The notes under the pieces: model-generated
What the model saw: only the letters and a program-made list of their open reading frames with translations
What the model was told of the DNA's origin: nothing
Database searches by the model: none
Position numbers and translations under genes: made by a program
Assembly (NCBI GenBank): GCA_033763905.1
Contig: JANRJP010000035.1
Coordinates: forward strand, 1-64,000
Direction of reading: 5' to 3'
DNA length: 64,000 nucleotides
Source: Gemmatimonadaceae bacterium
Lineage (GTDB): Bacteria; Gemmatimonadota; Gemmatimonadetes; Gemmatimonadales; Gemmatimonadaceae
Part shown: one piece after another, positions 8,874-18,548 of the stretch
Layout of the letters: each line of letters opens with the position of its first letter
Position numbering within the stretch: the first letter of the stretch is position 1

Positions 8874-10583
8874 ATGGCCACCACACGACTGGTCGTCGAT
8901 CCGATCACGCGCATCGAAGGGCACCTGCGCATCGAGGTACAGGCCGAGAACGGACGCATCGGCAACGCCTGGGCGAGCGCCACGCAGTTCCGCGGACTGG
9001 AGCTGGTGCTCAAGGGACGGGATCCGCGCGACGCGTGGGCGTTCGCGCAGCGCATCTGCGGCGTCTGCACCGTCGTGCACGCGGTCGCGTCGCTGCGAGC
9101 GGTGGAAGACGCGTTGGACATCAAGATCCCGCCGCAAGCCCATCTGATTCGCAATCTGATGCTGGGGATGCAGTTCATGCACGACCACGTCGTGCACTTC
9201 TACCATTTGCACGCGCTCGATTGGGTCGATGTGGTGAGCGCGCTCAAGGCGAACCCGGTGGAAGCCGCGCGAATCGCCAAGGGGATGTCGGACTGGCCCG
9301 GCAACAACGCGGTCCGGTTCAAGGAAGTGCAGGACCGCGTGGCCGGCTTCGTGCAGAGTGGGCAGCTCGGGCTCTTCACGAACGGCTACTGGGGGCACCC
9401 GGCGTACAAGCTGCCGCCCGAAGTGAATCTCATCGCGGTGTCGCACTATCTCGAGGCGCTCGACTGGCAGCGCGATGTGGTGCAACTGCACGCCATCTTC
9501 GGGGGCAAGAACCCGCACCCCAACTTCATCGTCGGGGGGATGGCCTCACCGATCAACCTCGATGCGCGCGCGACCATCAACGCCGACCGCCTGACCGAAG
9601 TCGACAGTCTGGTACGCAAGGCGCAGGATTTCGTCGAGAAGGTGTACTGGCCGGATCTGGTGGCCATTGCCGGGTTCTACAAGGAATGGGCGTCGATCGG
9701 CGGGGGCACGGGCAACTACCTGTGCTACGGGGATCTGCCGAAGACCGCGAACGGTGAAGACTTCTACTTCCCGCGCGGCATCGTGATGAACCGCGACCTG
9801 TCGACACTGCTCCCCTTCGATCAGGCGGGCGTCACCGAGGAGATCCACAGCGCCTGGTACGAGTACGGCGCAGGCAACGACCGCGCGTTGCATCCGTGGG
9901 AGGGCGAGACCAAGCCCAAGTACACCGGACCGCAGGCGCCGTGGACCTACCTGCAGGACGAGAAGAAGTACACGTGGATGAAGGCGCCGCGGTACAATGG
10001 CAAGCCGATGGAGGTTGGGCCGCTGGCGCGAATGCTGGTGGGTTACGCGGCGGGACAAAAGGACATCACCGCGGTGGTGAAGGACACGCTGTCCGCGCTG
10101 AACGTGGGCCCCGCGGCGCTCTTCTCGACCCTCGGCCGCACGGCCGCCCGAGGGATGGAGTCGATCCTGTACGCGCGACAGATGCGCGGCTGGTACTCCG
10201 AGCTCGTCGACCGCATCAAGGGCGGCGACACCAGCACGCACAATGCGTCGAAGTGGGAGCCCAGCACGTGGGAGAAGGAGGCCAAGGGCTGGGGCTTTAT
10301 GGAGGCGCCGCGCGGGGCGCTTGGCCACTGGGTGAACATCAAGGACGGCAAGATCGAGAACTATCAGGCCGTCGTGCCCAGCACGTGGAACTGCTCGCCG
10401 CGCGACAAGGACGGCGTGATGGGGCCCTACGAGGCGGCGCTGACCGACAACCATCCGCTGCTGGATCCGGAGCGGCCGATCGAGATTCTGCGCACGATCC
10501 ATTCGTTCGATCCCTGCCTCGCCTGCGGCGTGCACGTGCTCGACGCCGGCGGCCGCGAGATCACCGCGGTCAAGGTGCAGTGA
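8874..10583 (+). CDS. hyaB: [NiFe]-hydrogenase group 1 large subunit
   Basis: DPITRIEGH, L1 QRICGVCTVVH, APRG, L2 SFDPCLACGVH followed by a 15-aa cleavable tail. Confidence 0.97.
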   Translation: MATTRLVVDPITRIEGHLRIEVQAENGRIGNAWASATQFRGLELVLKGRDPRDAWAFAQRICGVCTVVHAVASLRAVEDALDIKIPPQAHLIRNLMLGMQFMHDHVVHFYHLHALDWVDVVSALKANPVEAARIAKGMSDWPGNNAVRFKEVQDRVAGFVQSGQLGLFTNGYWGHPAYKLPPEVNLIAVSHYLEALDWQRDVVQLHAIFGGKNPHPNFIVGGMASPINLDARATINADRLTEVDSLVRKAQDFVEKVYWPDLVAIAGFYKEWASIGGGTGNYLCYGDLPKTANGEDFYFPRGIVMNRDLSTLLPFDQAGVTEEIHSAWYEYGAGNDRALHPWEGETKPKYTGPQAPWTYLQDEKKYTWMKAPRYNGKPMEVGPLARMLVGYAAGQKDITAVVKDTLSALNVGPAALFSTLGRTAARGMESILYARQMRGWYSELVDRIKGGDTSTHNASKWEPSTWEKEAKGWGFMEAPRGALGHWVNIKDGKIENYQAVVPSTWNCSPRDKDGVMGPYEAALTDNHPLLDPERPIEILRTIHSFDPCLACGVHVLDAGGREITAVKVQ

Positions 10584-10585
10584 CG

Positions 10586-11380
10586 ATGCCGCCGACCATT
10601 CAGCCCCACGCGGGGCCCCACCGGACGCTCGAACCGCCGATTACGCCCGACGCGCCGGCCACCCGGCTGTTGCAGCATCCCGTCCCGCCGGGGCAGGGCG
10701 AGTACGAGTGGATCTACCTCTGGCAGCTGCCGTTGCGACTGATGCACTGGGTCGCGGCACTCAGCATCGTGGTCCTGATCGTCTCGGGCTTCTGGATCGG
10801 ACGGCCCTACTTCCTGGGGACGGCACAGAGCACGAGCACCTTCGGCACGCAGTGGATGCGACTGGCGCACTTCGTGGCCGGGATGCTCTTCACCGTGACC
10901 GGCATCGTGCGCATCTACTGGCTTGTGGCGGGCAACCGCTTCGAGCGATTCCCCGCGCTGTTCCCGGTGCGGCTGCGCGACCTGAAGAATCTGGTCAAGC
11001 AGGCACGGTTCTATCTGTTCCTGCCGCCCAAGGATATGCCGAACTACATCGGCCACAATCCGATGGCGCAGGTCTCGTACACGACGGTGTACCTGATGGC
11101 GTTCGTGATGGTGCTGACCGGCTTCGCGCTCTACACCACGACGCATCCGAACGGCTGGATGTACGGCCTGTTCTATCCGGTGACGAGCCTGTTTGGCGGT
11201 CTGCAGAACGTGCGCCTGATCCACCACGTGGCGACCTGGTACTTCCTGATCTTCACGCCGGCGCACATCTACCTCGCGATGCGGGCTGACGTCATCGAGC
11301 GCGGCGGCGGCATCTCGCAGATCATCAGTGGCGGCAAGTTCGTGCCGCTCGAGGAGGATTTCGAAGATGCCGAGGGCTGA
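10586..11380 (+). CDS. hyaC: Ni/Fe-hydrogenase b-type cytochrome subunit
   Basis: WQLPLRLMHW, RLAHF, GHNPMAQ, RLIHH...HIY heme ligands; four TM helices; ends ISQIISGGK. Start moved to ATG 10586. Confidence 0.92.
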   Translation: MPPTIQPHAGPHRTLEPPITPDAPATRLLQHPVPPGQGEYEWIYLWQLPLRLMHWVAALSIVVLIVSGFWIGRPYFLGTAQSTSTFGTQWMRLAHFVAGMLFTVTGIVRIYWLVAGNRFERFPALFPVRLRDLKNLVKQARFYLFLPPKDMPNYIGHNPMAQVSYTTVYLMAFVMVLTGFALYTTTHPNGWMYGLFYPVTSLFGGLQNVRLIHHVATWYFLIFTPAHIYLAMRADVIERGGGISQIISGGKFVPLEEDFEDAEG

Positions 11381-11957
11381 GACGCACGTGCCCTTGGCCG
11401 GACGCACGGCCGTCCTCGGGCTTGGGAACCCCTTGCTCGCCGATGACGCGCTGGGGCTCGTGGCACTGGAGCGGCTGGTGCAGGACTACGCGCTCGACGC
11501 CAGCGTCTCGGTGCACGATGGCGGCACCTGGGGGATGCAATTGATGCCGATGATCGAGGACGCCGAGCGGGTGTTGTTCCTCGACGCCATCGATCGGCAC
11601 GAGGCGCCGGGGACGGTGATCCGTCTCGTGGGCGACGAGATTCCGGCGACGCTGGCCACGATGATTTCGCCGCACCAGTTGGACCTGCGTGAAGTGCTGG
11701 CGATGACGCGCCTGCGCGGCACGTTCCCGTCGGAGGCCGTGGCGATCGGTGTGCAGCCCGAAACGACCGAGACTCGGGTGGCGCTGTCGCCGGCGGTCGC
11801 CGCACGGGTCGAGGATGTGGTGCTCGCCGCCGTGGCGCAGCTGCGCGCGTGGGGGCACACGGTGCGGCGCCGGGCGTCGTCCGAGCGGCCGGTTCGGCAC
11901 GCGGCGATGACGGGCGGCATCGCCGACGTGGTCTTGCTGTCGGGCTCGACGTCCTGA
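11367..11957 (+). CDS. hyaD: Hydrogenase maturation protease (HyaD/HybD family)
   Basis: GLGNPLLADDALG, DGGT, FLDA, SPHQ, GVQP. Confidence 0.9.
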   Translation: MPRAETHVPLAGRTAVLGLGNPLLADDALGLVALERLVQDYALDASVSVHDGGTWGMQLMPMIEDAERVLFLDAIDRHEAPGTVIRLVGDEIPATLATMISPHQLDLREVLAMTRLRGTFPSEAVAIGVQPETTETRVALSPAVAARVEDVVLAAVAQLRAWGHTVRRRASSERPVRHAAMTGGIADVVLLSGSTS

Positions 11958-12256
11958 TGCACGAGCTCAGTCTGGCGATGGAAGTCTGCCGCGTGCTCGA
12001 GGGGCAACTCTCGATCACGCAACAGACACAGCTGGTGACGGTCAGTCTGGAGGTGGGGACGGACGCCACGGTCGAGATCGCGAACCTGCAGTTCTGTCTC
12101 GACGCGCTGCTCTCGCAGCCGCCGTTCCGTGGCGCCACCGTGCGGCTCACCCCCGTGGCGGGCGAGGACCTTCGGGTAGCGTATCTCGAGCTGGACGACG
12201 AACGGACGGCACCGGTCGGTGCCGGAGGGGGCGAGTATGGCGGTCCGACGGATTGA
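11957..12256 (+). CDS. hypA: Hydrogenase nickel chaperone HypA/HybF, variant lacking the Zn-finger domain
   Basis: N-terminal MHELSL Ni motif, EVG...V...LQFC, GA.V and GEDLRV..LEL. No CxxC motif. TGATG-coupled to the protease gene. Confidence 0.8.
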   Translation: MHELSLAMEVCRVLEGQLSITQQTQLVTVSLEVGTDATVEIANLQFCLDALLSQPPFRGATVRLTPVAGEDLRVAYLELDDERTAPVGAGGGEYGGPTD

Positions 12257-12932
12257 TGTGCGCGAGCGGGTGATGGCCCGCAACGACGAATTGGCCGCCG
12301 GCGTGCGCCGGCGCGTGGACGCCGCGGGGGTTGCCGCGCTCAACCTGGTGTCGTCACCCGGCGCGGGGAAAACCACCTTGCTCGAGCGCACCTTGGATGA
12401 TCGCGGCGCCACGCTGCGGATGGCGATCGTGACCGGTGATGTGCAGACGGCCAACGACGCGGATCGGCTCGCGGCCCACACCGATCAACTGGTGCAAGCC
12501 GTCGTCACCAATGGCGGGTGCCACCTCGACGCGCTGCAGGTCACCAACGCGATCGAGGCAATCTCCCTCGACGCGCTGGACCTGTTGATCCTCGAAAACG
12601 TCGGTAACCTCGTGTGTCCGGCGGCGTGGGACTTGGGTGAGCGGTTCCGGGTGACGCTGTGTTCCGTGACCGAGGGCGAAGACAAGCCGCTCAAGTATCC
12701 CAAAGCCTTCGCGCAGGCCGACCTGGTGCTGTTGACCAAGATCGATCTGCTGCCACACCTCCGACTGAATCTTGGCGCCCTCGAGGCCAACGTGCGTGCG
12801 GTCAATCCGCACGCGAAGATTCTGCGCGTGTCGGCGGAGTCGGGGGAGGGGATGGACGCGTGGTACGGGTATCTGGACCGCGCGGTGCGCGGGGCCCGCG
12901 GGGCGACGGCGGTGCTGGGCGGGAGTCGCTAG
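12237..12932 (+). CDS. hypB: Hydrogenase nickel-incorporation GTPase HypB
   Basis: SSPGAGKTTLLE, GGCHLDA, ENVGNLVCPA, SVTEGEDKPLKYP, TKIDL. Confidence 0.95.
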   Translation: MAVRRIDVRERVMARNDELAAGVRRRVDAAGVAALNLVSSPGAGKTTLLERTLDDRGATLRMAIVTGDVQTANDADRLAAHTDQLVQAVVTNGGCHLDALQVTNAIEAISLDALDLLILENVGNLVCPAAWDLGERFRVTLCSVTEGEDKPLKYPKAFAQADLVLLTKIDLLPHLRLNLGALEANVRAVNPHAKILRVSAESGEGMDAWYGYLDRAVRGARGATAVLGGSR

Positions 12933-12961
12933 CGCGAGTCCCGCCCGGCACGGCGCCAGCG

Positions 12962-13681
12962 CTAGTGCCCGCCCTTGCGCCCGAAGATCGCGGCTGCCTC
13001 GAGCACCAGCGCGTGGCCGCCCGGTGCTCCCGGATTGGGGATCTTGTATCCCGCGATCAGGATAACTTCCCGCGGCAGGTTGAACTGGATCGCAGGGATC
13101 GACGCGGCCAGATCGTGTTTCCCGGAGTACCAGTCGGCGACGAACGAGATGCGTTGGGTGATCGGCTGCTCGACACCAGCCATCATCCCCGCCTTTTCGA
13201 CACCGAACAGCTGCGGCGTGCCGTACGTCGGACCCACGGTCACGCGTGTTCGGGCTCGCGGGATGCGCACGCTGCCCGACGAATACGCCCAGAGCCCCGC
13301 GCCTCGCGCATCGACGGACTTGGGGACCATCGCGCCCAACGTCCACTTGGACTCCCAGCGCCGGAGATCGGCCTGTTCGGCCTCGAGCACGGTCTTGAAG
13401 CCGAACGCAATGGTCCGATTGCCGGTCGCCGGGCGACCGAAGTTCACGAAGCTCAACGCCAGCTCGGTCCCGCGCCCAATGCCGTAGGTAATGAACTGAA
13501 AGGTGTTCCAGCCGCGGGGGTCGTCGAACGGCTTGACCTGGCTCTCGTGGGTGATGCCCCACGCACCGCGAGGGGTTGCCTCGGCGTTGGGGATGCCGAC
13601 GATCAGGGATTGCGAGGACGAAACGGAAGGAAACACGGCCAGCAGGCCGGTAAGGCACAGGAGTCGAATGAGGGGTTTCAT
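12962..13681 (-). CDS. Hypothetical secreted / outer-membrane beta-rich protein
   Basis: Signal peptide MKPLIRLLCLTGLLAVFPSVSSSQ, then alternating beta-strand pattern (ISFVADWYSG). Start moved to ATG 13681. Confidence 0.6.
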   Translation of the reverse strand: MKPLIRLLCLTGLLAVFPSVSSSQSLIVGIPNAEATPRGAWGITHESQVKPFDDPRGWNTFQFITYGIGRGTELALSFVNFGRPATGNRTIAFGFKTVLEAEQADLRRWESKWTLGAMVPKSVDARGAGLWAYSSGSVRIPRARTRVTVGPTYGTPQLFGVEKAGMMAGVEQPITQRISFVADWYSGKHDLAASIPAIQFNLPREVILIAGYKIPNPGAPGGHALVLEAAAIFGRKGGH

Positions 13682-13767
13682 GGCGCCAAGTACCACGGAC
13701 GGCTCGCTGGGTTCCACGTCGAGACTGGCGCTCCGGAATGCCGCGCGAGCCCCGTCGAAACCGTGCC

Positions 13768-13802
13768 GTGACGTTGCGGTGACCCCGCGCTGACAATGAC
13801 AG
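13768..13802 (-). promoter_or_regulatory. Pho-box-like direct repeats
   Basis: TGAC at 13769, 13780 and 13791 (11-bp period; GTCA on the minus strand), plus ATGACAG at 13796-13802 (CTGTCAT on the minus strand). Confidence 0.45.
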
Positions 13803-13853
13803 GGCTTTGTACCGGAGTTGTGCGTGACTCGCGTGCCCACCTCCGTGCTGCCA

Positions 13854-15473
13854 ATGCCCCGTCTGATTCGTCCTCCGTTCCCGCGTGCCGCGATTGCCGT
13901 GGCCGCCGCGCTCGCGTTCGTCGCCTGCTCCGATGAGCAGGGGGTGACCCCCGACCCCATCGAACAGACACCGTCGTCGCTCTCCTTGGAGCGCATTGGC
14001 GGATTCGCCGGCGGCGCACCGGCCGCCGCCGAAATCACGGCCTATGACTCGGCGTCCAAGCGGCTCTTCGTCGTCAACGGCGCCCTCGGAACGGTCGATG
14101 TGCTGGACCTCGCGGCTCCCGCCTCGCCGACCAAGATCGGCACGATCACCGTCACGGCCCTGGGCGCCGCAGCCAACTCGGTGGCCACCGCACGCGGTAT
14201 GGTCGCGGTGGCGATCGAAGGCAGCGTGAAGACCGATGCCGGGCGGGTTGCGTTCTATCGCGCGAGTGACCTCACCCTGCTCGGCAGCGCCACCGTCGGC
14301 GCGCTCCCCGACATGGTCGTCTTCACGCCGGACGGCCGTTACGTCCTCTCGGCCAACGAAGGCGAACCCAACAACGACTACACGATCGATCCCGAAGGCT
14401 CGATCAGCATCATCGATGTGCAGAACCCCGCCGCGCCGACGGTGCGCACCGCCGGCTTCGGCGCTTACAACGGGCAGGAAGCCAGCCTTCGCGCCTCCGG
14501 CGTGCGCATCTACGGCCCCGGCGCGAATGCGGCGCGCGATCTCGAGCCCGAGTACATCGCCGTCTCCGCTGACGGCGCCACCGCCTGGGTCACGTTGCAG
14601 GAGAACAACGCCCTCGCCGTGGTGAACATCGCCAATGCGGCGGTGACCGATATCCGTCCGCTCGGCTTCAAGAACCACAATACGGCGGGCAACGGTCTGG
14701 ACGCGAGCGACCGCGACAGCCCAACCGGTACCGGGTCGGTGAACATTCGCAATTGGCCGGTGTTCGGGATGTACCAGCCCGATGCGATCGCGTCCTACAC
14801 CGTCAATGGCCAGACCTACCTGGTCACCGCCAACGAGGGGGACTCGCGCGACTGGACGGGGACGCCCGGATTTCGCGAGGAGGCGCGGGTCAGCACGCTG
14901 ACGCTCAACCCGTCGGTGTTCACCGACGCCGTCTGCGGCGGGCCCTGCAATGCCGCGGCCCGACTTGGCCGACTCACGGTCACGAACCAGCTCGGACTCA
15001 ACACCACGACGAACCAGTACGACGCCTTGTACGTCCTCGGCGCTCGCTCCTTCTCGATCTGGTCGTCGACGGGCACGCTCGTGTGGGACTCGGGCGATCA
15101 GTTCGAGCAGCGGACGACCTCATTGCCGAACGTGAACTTCAATGCGAGCAATAGCGGCAACGCGCTCGACGACCGGAGCGACAACAAGGGCCCCGAGCCC
15201 GAAGGCGTCGCGCTGGCCAAGTTCGGCAACAAGACCTTCGCGTTCATCGGCCTCGAGCGCATCGGCGGCGTGATGGTGTACGACGTCACCACGCCCACGG
15301 CCCCGACGTTCGTGACCTACTTCAATCCCCGGACGGCGGACACCGGCGACCTCGGTCCCGAAGGGCTCACCTTCATTCCGGGCCGGCAGTCGGGGAACGG
15401 CAAGCCGCTGCTGATCGTCGGCAACGAGGTCAGCGGCACGACGGCGGTCTACCAGATCAACCTGACGTACTGA
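13854..15473 (+). CDS. Choice-of-anchor I / alkaline-phosphatase-like beta-propeller lipoprotein
   Basis: Lipobox AFVAC; AAEITAYD, VGALPDM, ANEGEP, DPEGSISII, LEPEYI, LQENNA, MYQPDAI, ANEGD, RSDNKGPEPEG, DLGPEG, NEVSGT. Confidence 0.85.
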   Translation: MPRLIRPPFPRAAIAVAAALAFVACSDEQGVTPDPIEQTPSSLSLERIGGFAGGAPAAAEITAYDSASKRLFVVNGALGTVDVLDLAAPASPTKIGTITVTALGAAANSVATARGMVAVAIEGSVKTDAGRVAFYRASDLTLLGSATVGALPDMVVFTPDGRYVLSANEGEPNNDYTIDPEGSISIIDVQNPAAPTVRTAGFGAYNGQEASLRASGVRIYGPGANAARDLEPEYIAVSADGATAWVTLQENNALAVVNIANAAVTDIRPLGFKNHNTAGNGLDASDRDSPTGTGSVNIRNWPVFGMYQPDAIASYTVNGQTYLVTANEGDSRDWTGTPGFREEARVSTLTLNPSVFTDAVCGGPCNAAARLGRLTVTNQLGLNTTTNQYDALYVLGARSFSIWSSTGTLVWDSGDQFEQRTTSLPNVNFNASNSGNALDDRSDNKGPEPEGVALAKFGNKTFAFIGLERIGGVMVYDVTTPTAPTFVTYFNPRTADTGDLGPEGLTFIPGRQSGNGKPLLIVGNEVSGTTAVYQINLTY

Positions 15474-15486
15474 GGAGCGGCGCGCG

Positions 15487-15519
15487 CGCCGAGGCCGATC
15501 GTCCCGATCGGCCTCGGCG
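15487..15519. other. Strong intergenic hairpin (terminator or mRNA-stabilising element)
   Basis: Perfect 15-bp stem CGCCGAGGCCGATCG / CGATCGGCCTCGGCG with loop TCC. No U tract. Confidence 0.5.
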
Positions 15520-15531
15520 TGACGGCTTCGA

Positions 15532-17283
15532 ATGCCCAACGACGCAGCAACAGAGCGAACGGCGACGCTGCCGTTCCACCGACGGATCGGCACCCGGTTG
15601 ACGGTGCTGCTTGGCGCGGCCTTCCTCGTGATGGCGGCGCTCACTGGATGGCTCCTCCTGCAGCGGGATGCCGCGCACGATGCGTACCGCGCCGTGCTGG
15701 AACGCGATGTCCGTGACGCGGCGGACGCGCGGCGAATGCAGGTCGAGTTCAAGAAGATGGTGCAGGAGTGGAAGGACATCCTCATCCGTGGCAGCGACAG
15801 TACGGCGCTGGTGCGGTACACCGCCGCGTTCCGTCGCCAGCGCGTGCTGGTCGATGAGCTTGCCGCCGAGTTGGCGCGTCGGACGCGCGACGACTCGGCC
15901 CGCGCGCTGCTCCGCGACTTTCGCGAGGATCTGCGCGCGCTCGGCGGCAAGTACGACGCCGCGTACACGATCTTCGTCTCGGGCCCGTCCGTTCGGATGG
16001 CCGAGGCCGATCGCCTCGTGAAGGGGCAGGATCGCGGGCCCACGGATCGTATCGATCGCATCGTGCGCCGACTCGGGGTGCAGACCGACTCCGCGGTGAC
16101 CGCGCTGGAGTCAGCAAGCGCGAGCGACCGCAGCCTGACCATCGCGGTCGTGCTGATCACCTGGTTGTTGCTGGTGGGGCTTCTGCTGCGGGTCATCCAG
16201 TCCATTACCGCGCCCGTCGTGGCCCTGCATCGTCGCGCGGAGCGGGTCGCGGCGGGTGATCTCCGCGCGGTCACGCTCGAGGGCGCATGTGACGACGAGC
16301 TCGCACGGCTGCATTCGGCGTTCGAGCACATGACGGCGGCGCTCAGGCAGGCGCTCGTCGAAATGCAGCGCGAGGCCGCCGAGGTCTCGTCCGCGTCGGC
16401 CGAACTTGCCAGCGGCACTGCGCAACTGGATCTGACTGCTCAGAGCGTGGCCGAGTCCGCGGCGTCGATCGCATCTGCCTCCGCCGTGCAGACCACCGCG
16501 GTACTGGCCGCCCGAGCCGCCGCGGACTCGGTGGCGGACCGGGCGGCGCAGGTCGGCGAGCGGGCGGCGGCCGCCTTGGTGGCGGCGTCGCGACTTCGGA
16601 ACGACACAGTGGAGGCCTCGGCGGCGGCCGACGCGGCCCTCGCTGCACTGATCGCCATCCGGGCGTCCGCCGATGAGGTCGCTCCCGCGGCGACGGAACT
16701 CGCCGCGAGGGCCCGGGGGATCGAGCAACTCACCGACGCGATCGACGCGATCGCGCGCCAGACCGATCTGCTCTCGGTGAACGCGGCCATCGAAGCGGCC
16801 CGGGCCGGATCGCACGGCCGCGGCTTCGCGGTCCTCGCCAATGAGATTCGCAAACTGGCCGAACAGACGGCGCAAGCCTTGCGCGATATCCGGTCGTTGA
16901 CGGCGGACGTCCGCGATGTCGCAGGGCGAAACGCCAACCGCATCGCCACGGTGCAGCGTCGGGTGACGGACGGTGAGGGCACGATCGGCACGGCGCTTCG
17001 CGCCATCGGAACGATTCGCGTGACGGCGGATGAGGCCTTCGAGGCGGCAGAGGTCATCCGTGCGTCCATTGGCCCCCAGCAGACCGCATTGGCCGGGCTG
17101 GTGAACGAGTGCGATGCGCTCGCCGCCGCCGCGCAGGAGAATGCCGCGAGCGCGGAACAGGTCAGTGCGTCGGTCGAGCAGACGACCGCGGCGCTCTCCC
17201 ACGCCGCATCGGCAAGTCACGCACTGTCGCGGGTGGCGGAGCGAATGCAGCAACACGCGGCAGCGTTCGACACGAGCGGGTAG
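15532..17283 (+). CDS. Transmembrane methyl-accepting chemotaxis protein (periplasmic helical-bundle sensor, HAMP, signalling domain)
   Basis: Two TM helices, HAMP (ITAPV...GDL...DEL), and [40 protein letters not shown]. Confidence 0.92.
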   Translation: MPNDAATERTATLPFHRRIGTRLTVLLGAAFLVMAALTGWLLLQRDAAHDAYRAVLERDVRDAADARRMQVEFKKMVQEWKDILIRGSDSTALVRYTAAFRRQRVLVDELAAELARRTRDDSARALLRDFREDLRALGGKYDAAYTIFVSGPSVRMAEADRLVKGQDRGPTDRIDRIVRRLGVQTDSAVTALESASASDRSLTIAVVLITWLLLVGLLLRVIQSITAPVVALHRRAERVAAGDLRAVTLEGACDDELARLHSAFEHMTAALRQALVEMQREAAEVSSASAELASGTAQLDLTAQSVAESAASIASASAVQTTAVLAARAAADSVADRAAQVGERAAAALVAASRLRNDTVEASAAADAALAALIAIRASADEVAPAATELAARARGIEQLTDAIDAIARQTDLLSVNAAIEAARAGSHGRGFAVLANEIRKLAEQTAQALRDIRSLTADVRDVAGRNANRIATVQRRVTDGEGTIGTALRAIGTIRVTADEAFEAAEVIRASIGPQQTALAGLVNECDALAAAAQENAASAEQVSASVEQTTAALSHAASASHALSRVAERMQQHAAAFDTSG

Positions 17284-17348
17284 CCGAACGGGCTCGCCGG
17301 CGGGGCGGTCGTCGGGCACCGACAGGCGGCCCGGCGCATTGGACCACC

Positions 17349-17858
17349 GTGACGTATTACCCCTTCGCGTTCGACGCGCCCATCGCCCGAAAGTCCATCG
17401 GCACCCTGCGCTACACGGTCGTGTTCGCGCCGCCCGACATCGTCGCGCGGCTCGGGCTGGACTCAGCGCGCCCGGTACGCATCGATGCTGACATCGCGGG
17501 GTACCCGGTCCGTGGGGCACTGCAAGCGTCACGCGGCCGCTGGTACTTGATGCTGCCGAAGGCGCTGTTCAAGGCCACGGGCGTCACCGTCGGCGACGTG
17601 GTCTCCGTGCACTTCCGCCTTGACGATCCTGACGCGGTGGAGTTGCCGGTCGAGCTCGCCGCGCTGCTCGAATCCTCCACCACGTTGCGCAGGGGATGGG
17701 AGGCCCTGTCCGCGGGCAAGCAGCGCGCGCTCGCGTATCGGGTCGCCTCCGCCAAGCGGCCACCGACCCGTGCAGCCCGGGTCGACGAGATCCGCGAGCT
17801 CCTGCGGGGCAAGACGCCTGCGGCGCTCGCGTATTTGATGCGAGGGACACGGCGGTGA
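17349..17858 (+). CDS. DUF1905 + YdeI/OmpD-associated domain protein
   Basis: GVTVGDVVSV, DDPDAVELPVELAALL, WEALSAGKQR...VASAKRPPTRAARV. Confidence 0.75.
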   Translation: MTYYPFAFDAPIARKSIGTLRYTVVFAPPDIVARLGLDSARPVRIDADIAGYPVRGALQASRGRWYLMLPKALFKATGVTVGDVVSVHFRLDDPDAVELPVELAALLESSTTLRRGWEALSAGKQRALAYRVASAKRPPTRAARVDEIRELLRGKTPAALAYLMRGTRR

Positions 17859-18526
17859 GGCGCGCGGTCTGGTTCGCGTGGCTTGTGGTGCTCGCGGCCT
17901 GTGCACGGCGACCCGAGGCGATCCTTCCCGATGGCGTCACCCCGCGAGGACCCACCGATGTGCTGTCGTGCGGGGACATCTCGGGGACGTATCTGGTGCA
18001 GCGGAACGCGGTCTTCGACTTCGTGCTCCGGCGGCAGTTGTCGAGCACGCTGCTTCCACAGCCGTTCGACTCCGCCCGCGTTGATGGGACACCAGCGGAC
18101 TCGCTGGCCTTCGCGCTGTCGCACGGGATCGCCGTGGACACCGTGTGGCTGGTCGCGGGACGTCACTACGACTGCGCGCACGGCTGGATCAGGATGCGGG
18201 GAGACTTGATGGCGGATCAGTTGCCCTCCGAACTCATCGACCCGGTGCGGGATGACGATCGCGCCGACCGATTTGCCTTCGAGATGATCGGTGTGGCTGG
18301 CGGGCGGATCGTGGGCCGTGTCGTGCGCGAGTCGTACGTCACGATCAGCGTGTGGGCGGACGCGCCAGGCGGCCGCGTCCCCGGGACCACGCGCTGGCGC
18401 GTGCACTGGTACGAATGGGGGCCGCCGGGGCAGTGGTCGCCCGAGGCCATTGCGGATCCCGAGCGCACGCGACGCCTGATGGACGAGGAGTACCGTCTCG
18501 AGCACGGTGTCGACCCGCCCAAGTAG
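17855..18526 (+). CDS. Hypothetical lipoprotein
   Basis: GTGA overlap with the upstream stop; signal VRRAVWFAWLVVLAAC. Confidence 0.6.
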   Translation: MRRAVWFAWLVVLAACARRPEAILPDGVTPRGPTDVLSCGDISGTYLVQRNAVFDFVLRRQLSSTLLPQPFDSARVDGTPADSLAFALSHGIAVDTVWLVAGRHYDCAHGWIRMRGDLMADQLPSELIDPVRDDDRADRFAFEMIGVAGGRIVGRVVRESYVTISVWADAPGGRVPGTTRWRVHWYEWGPPGQWSPEAIADPERTRRLMDEEYRLEHGVDPPK

Positions 18527-18548
18527 TTCGGCGGGGTGCGCCGGTGCG

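Noticed and set aside
7710..10583. O2-tolerant [4Fe-3S] hydrogenase or [NiFeSe] hydrogenase
   Set aside because: The supernumerary cysteines are absent, and L2 is DPCLAC with no in-frame TGA.
11957..12932. Hydrogenase operon as a decaying remnant (no hypCDEF, short hypA)
   Set aside because: All frames are intact and translationally coupled. hypCDEF are often encoded elsewhere and cannot be judged from this window.
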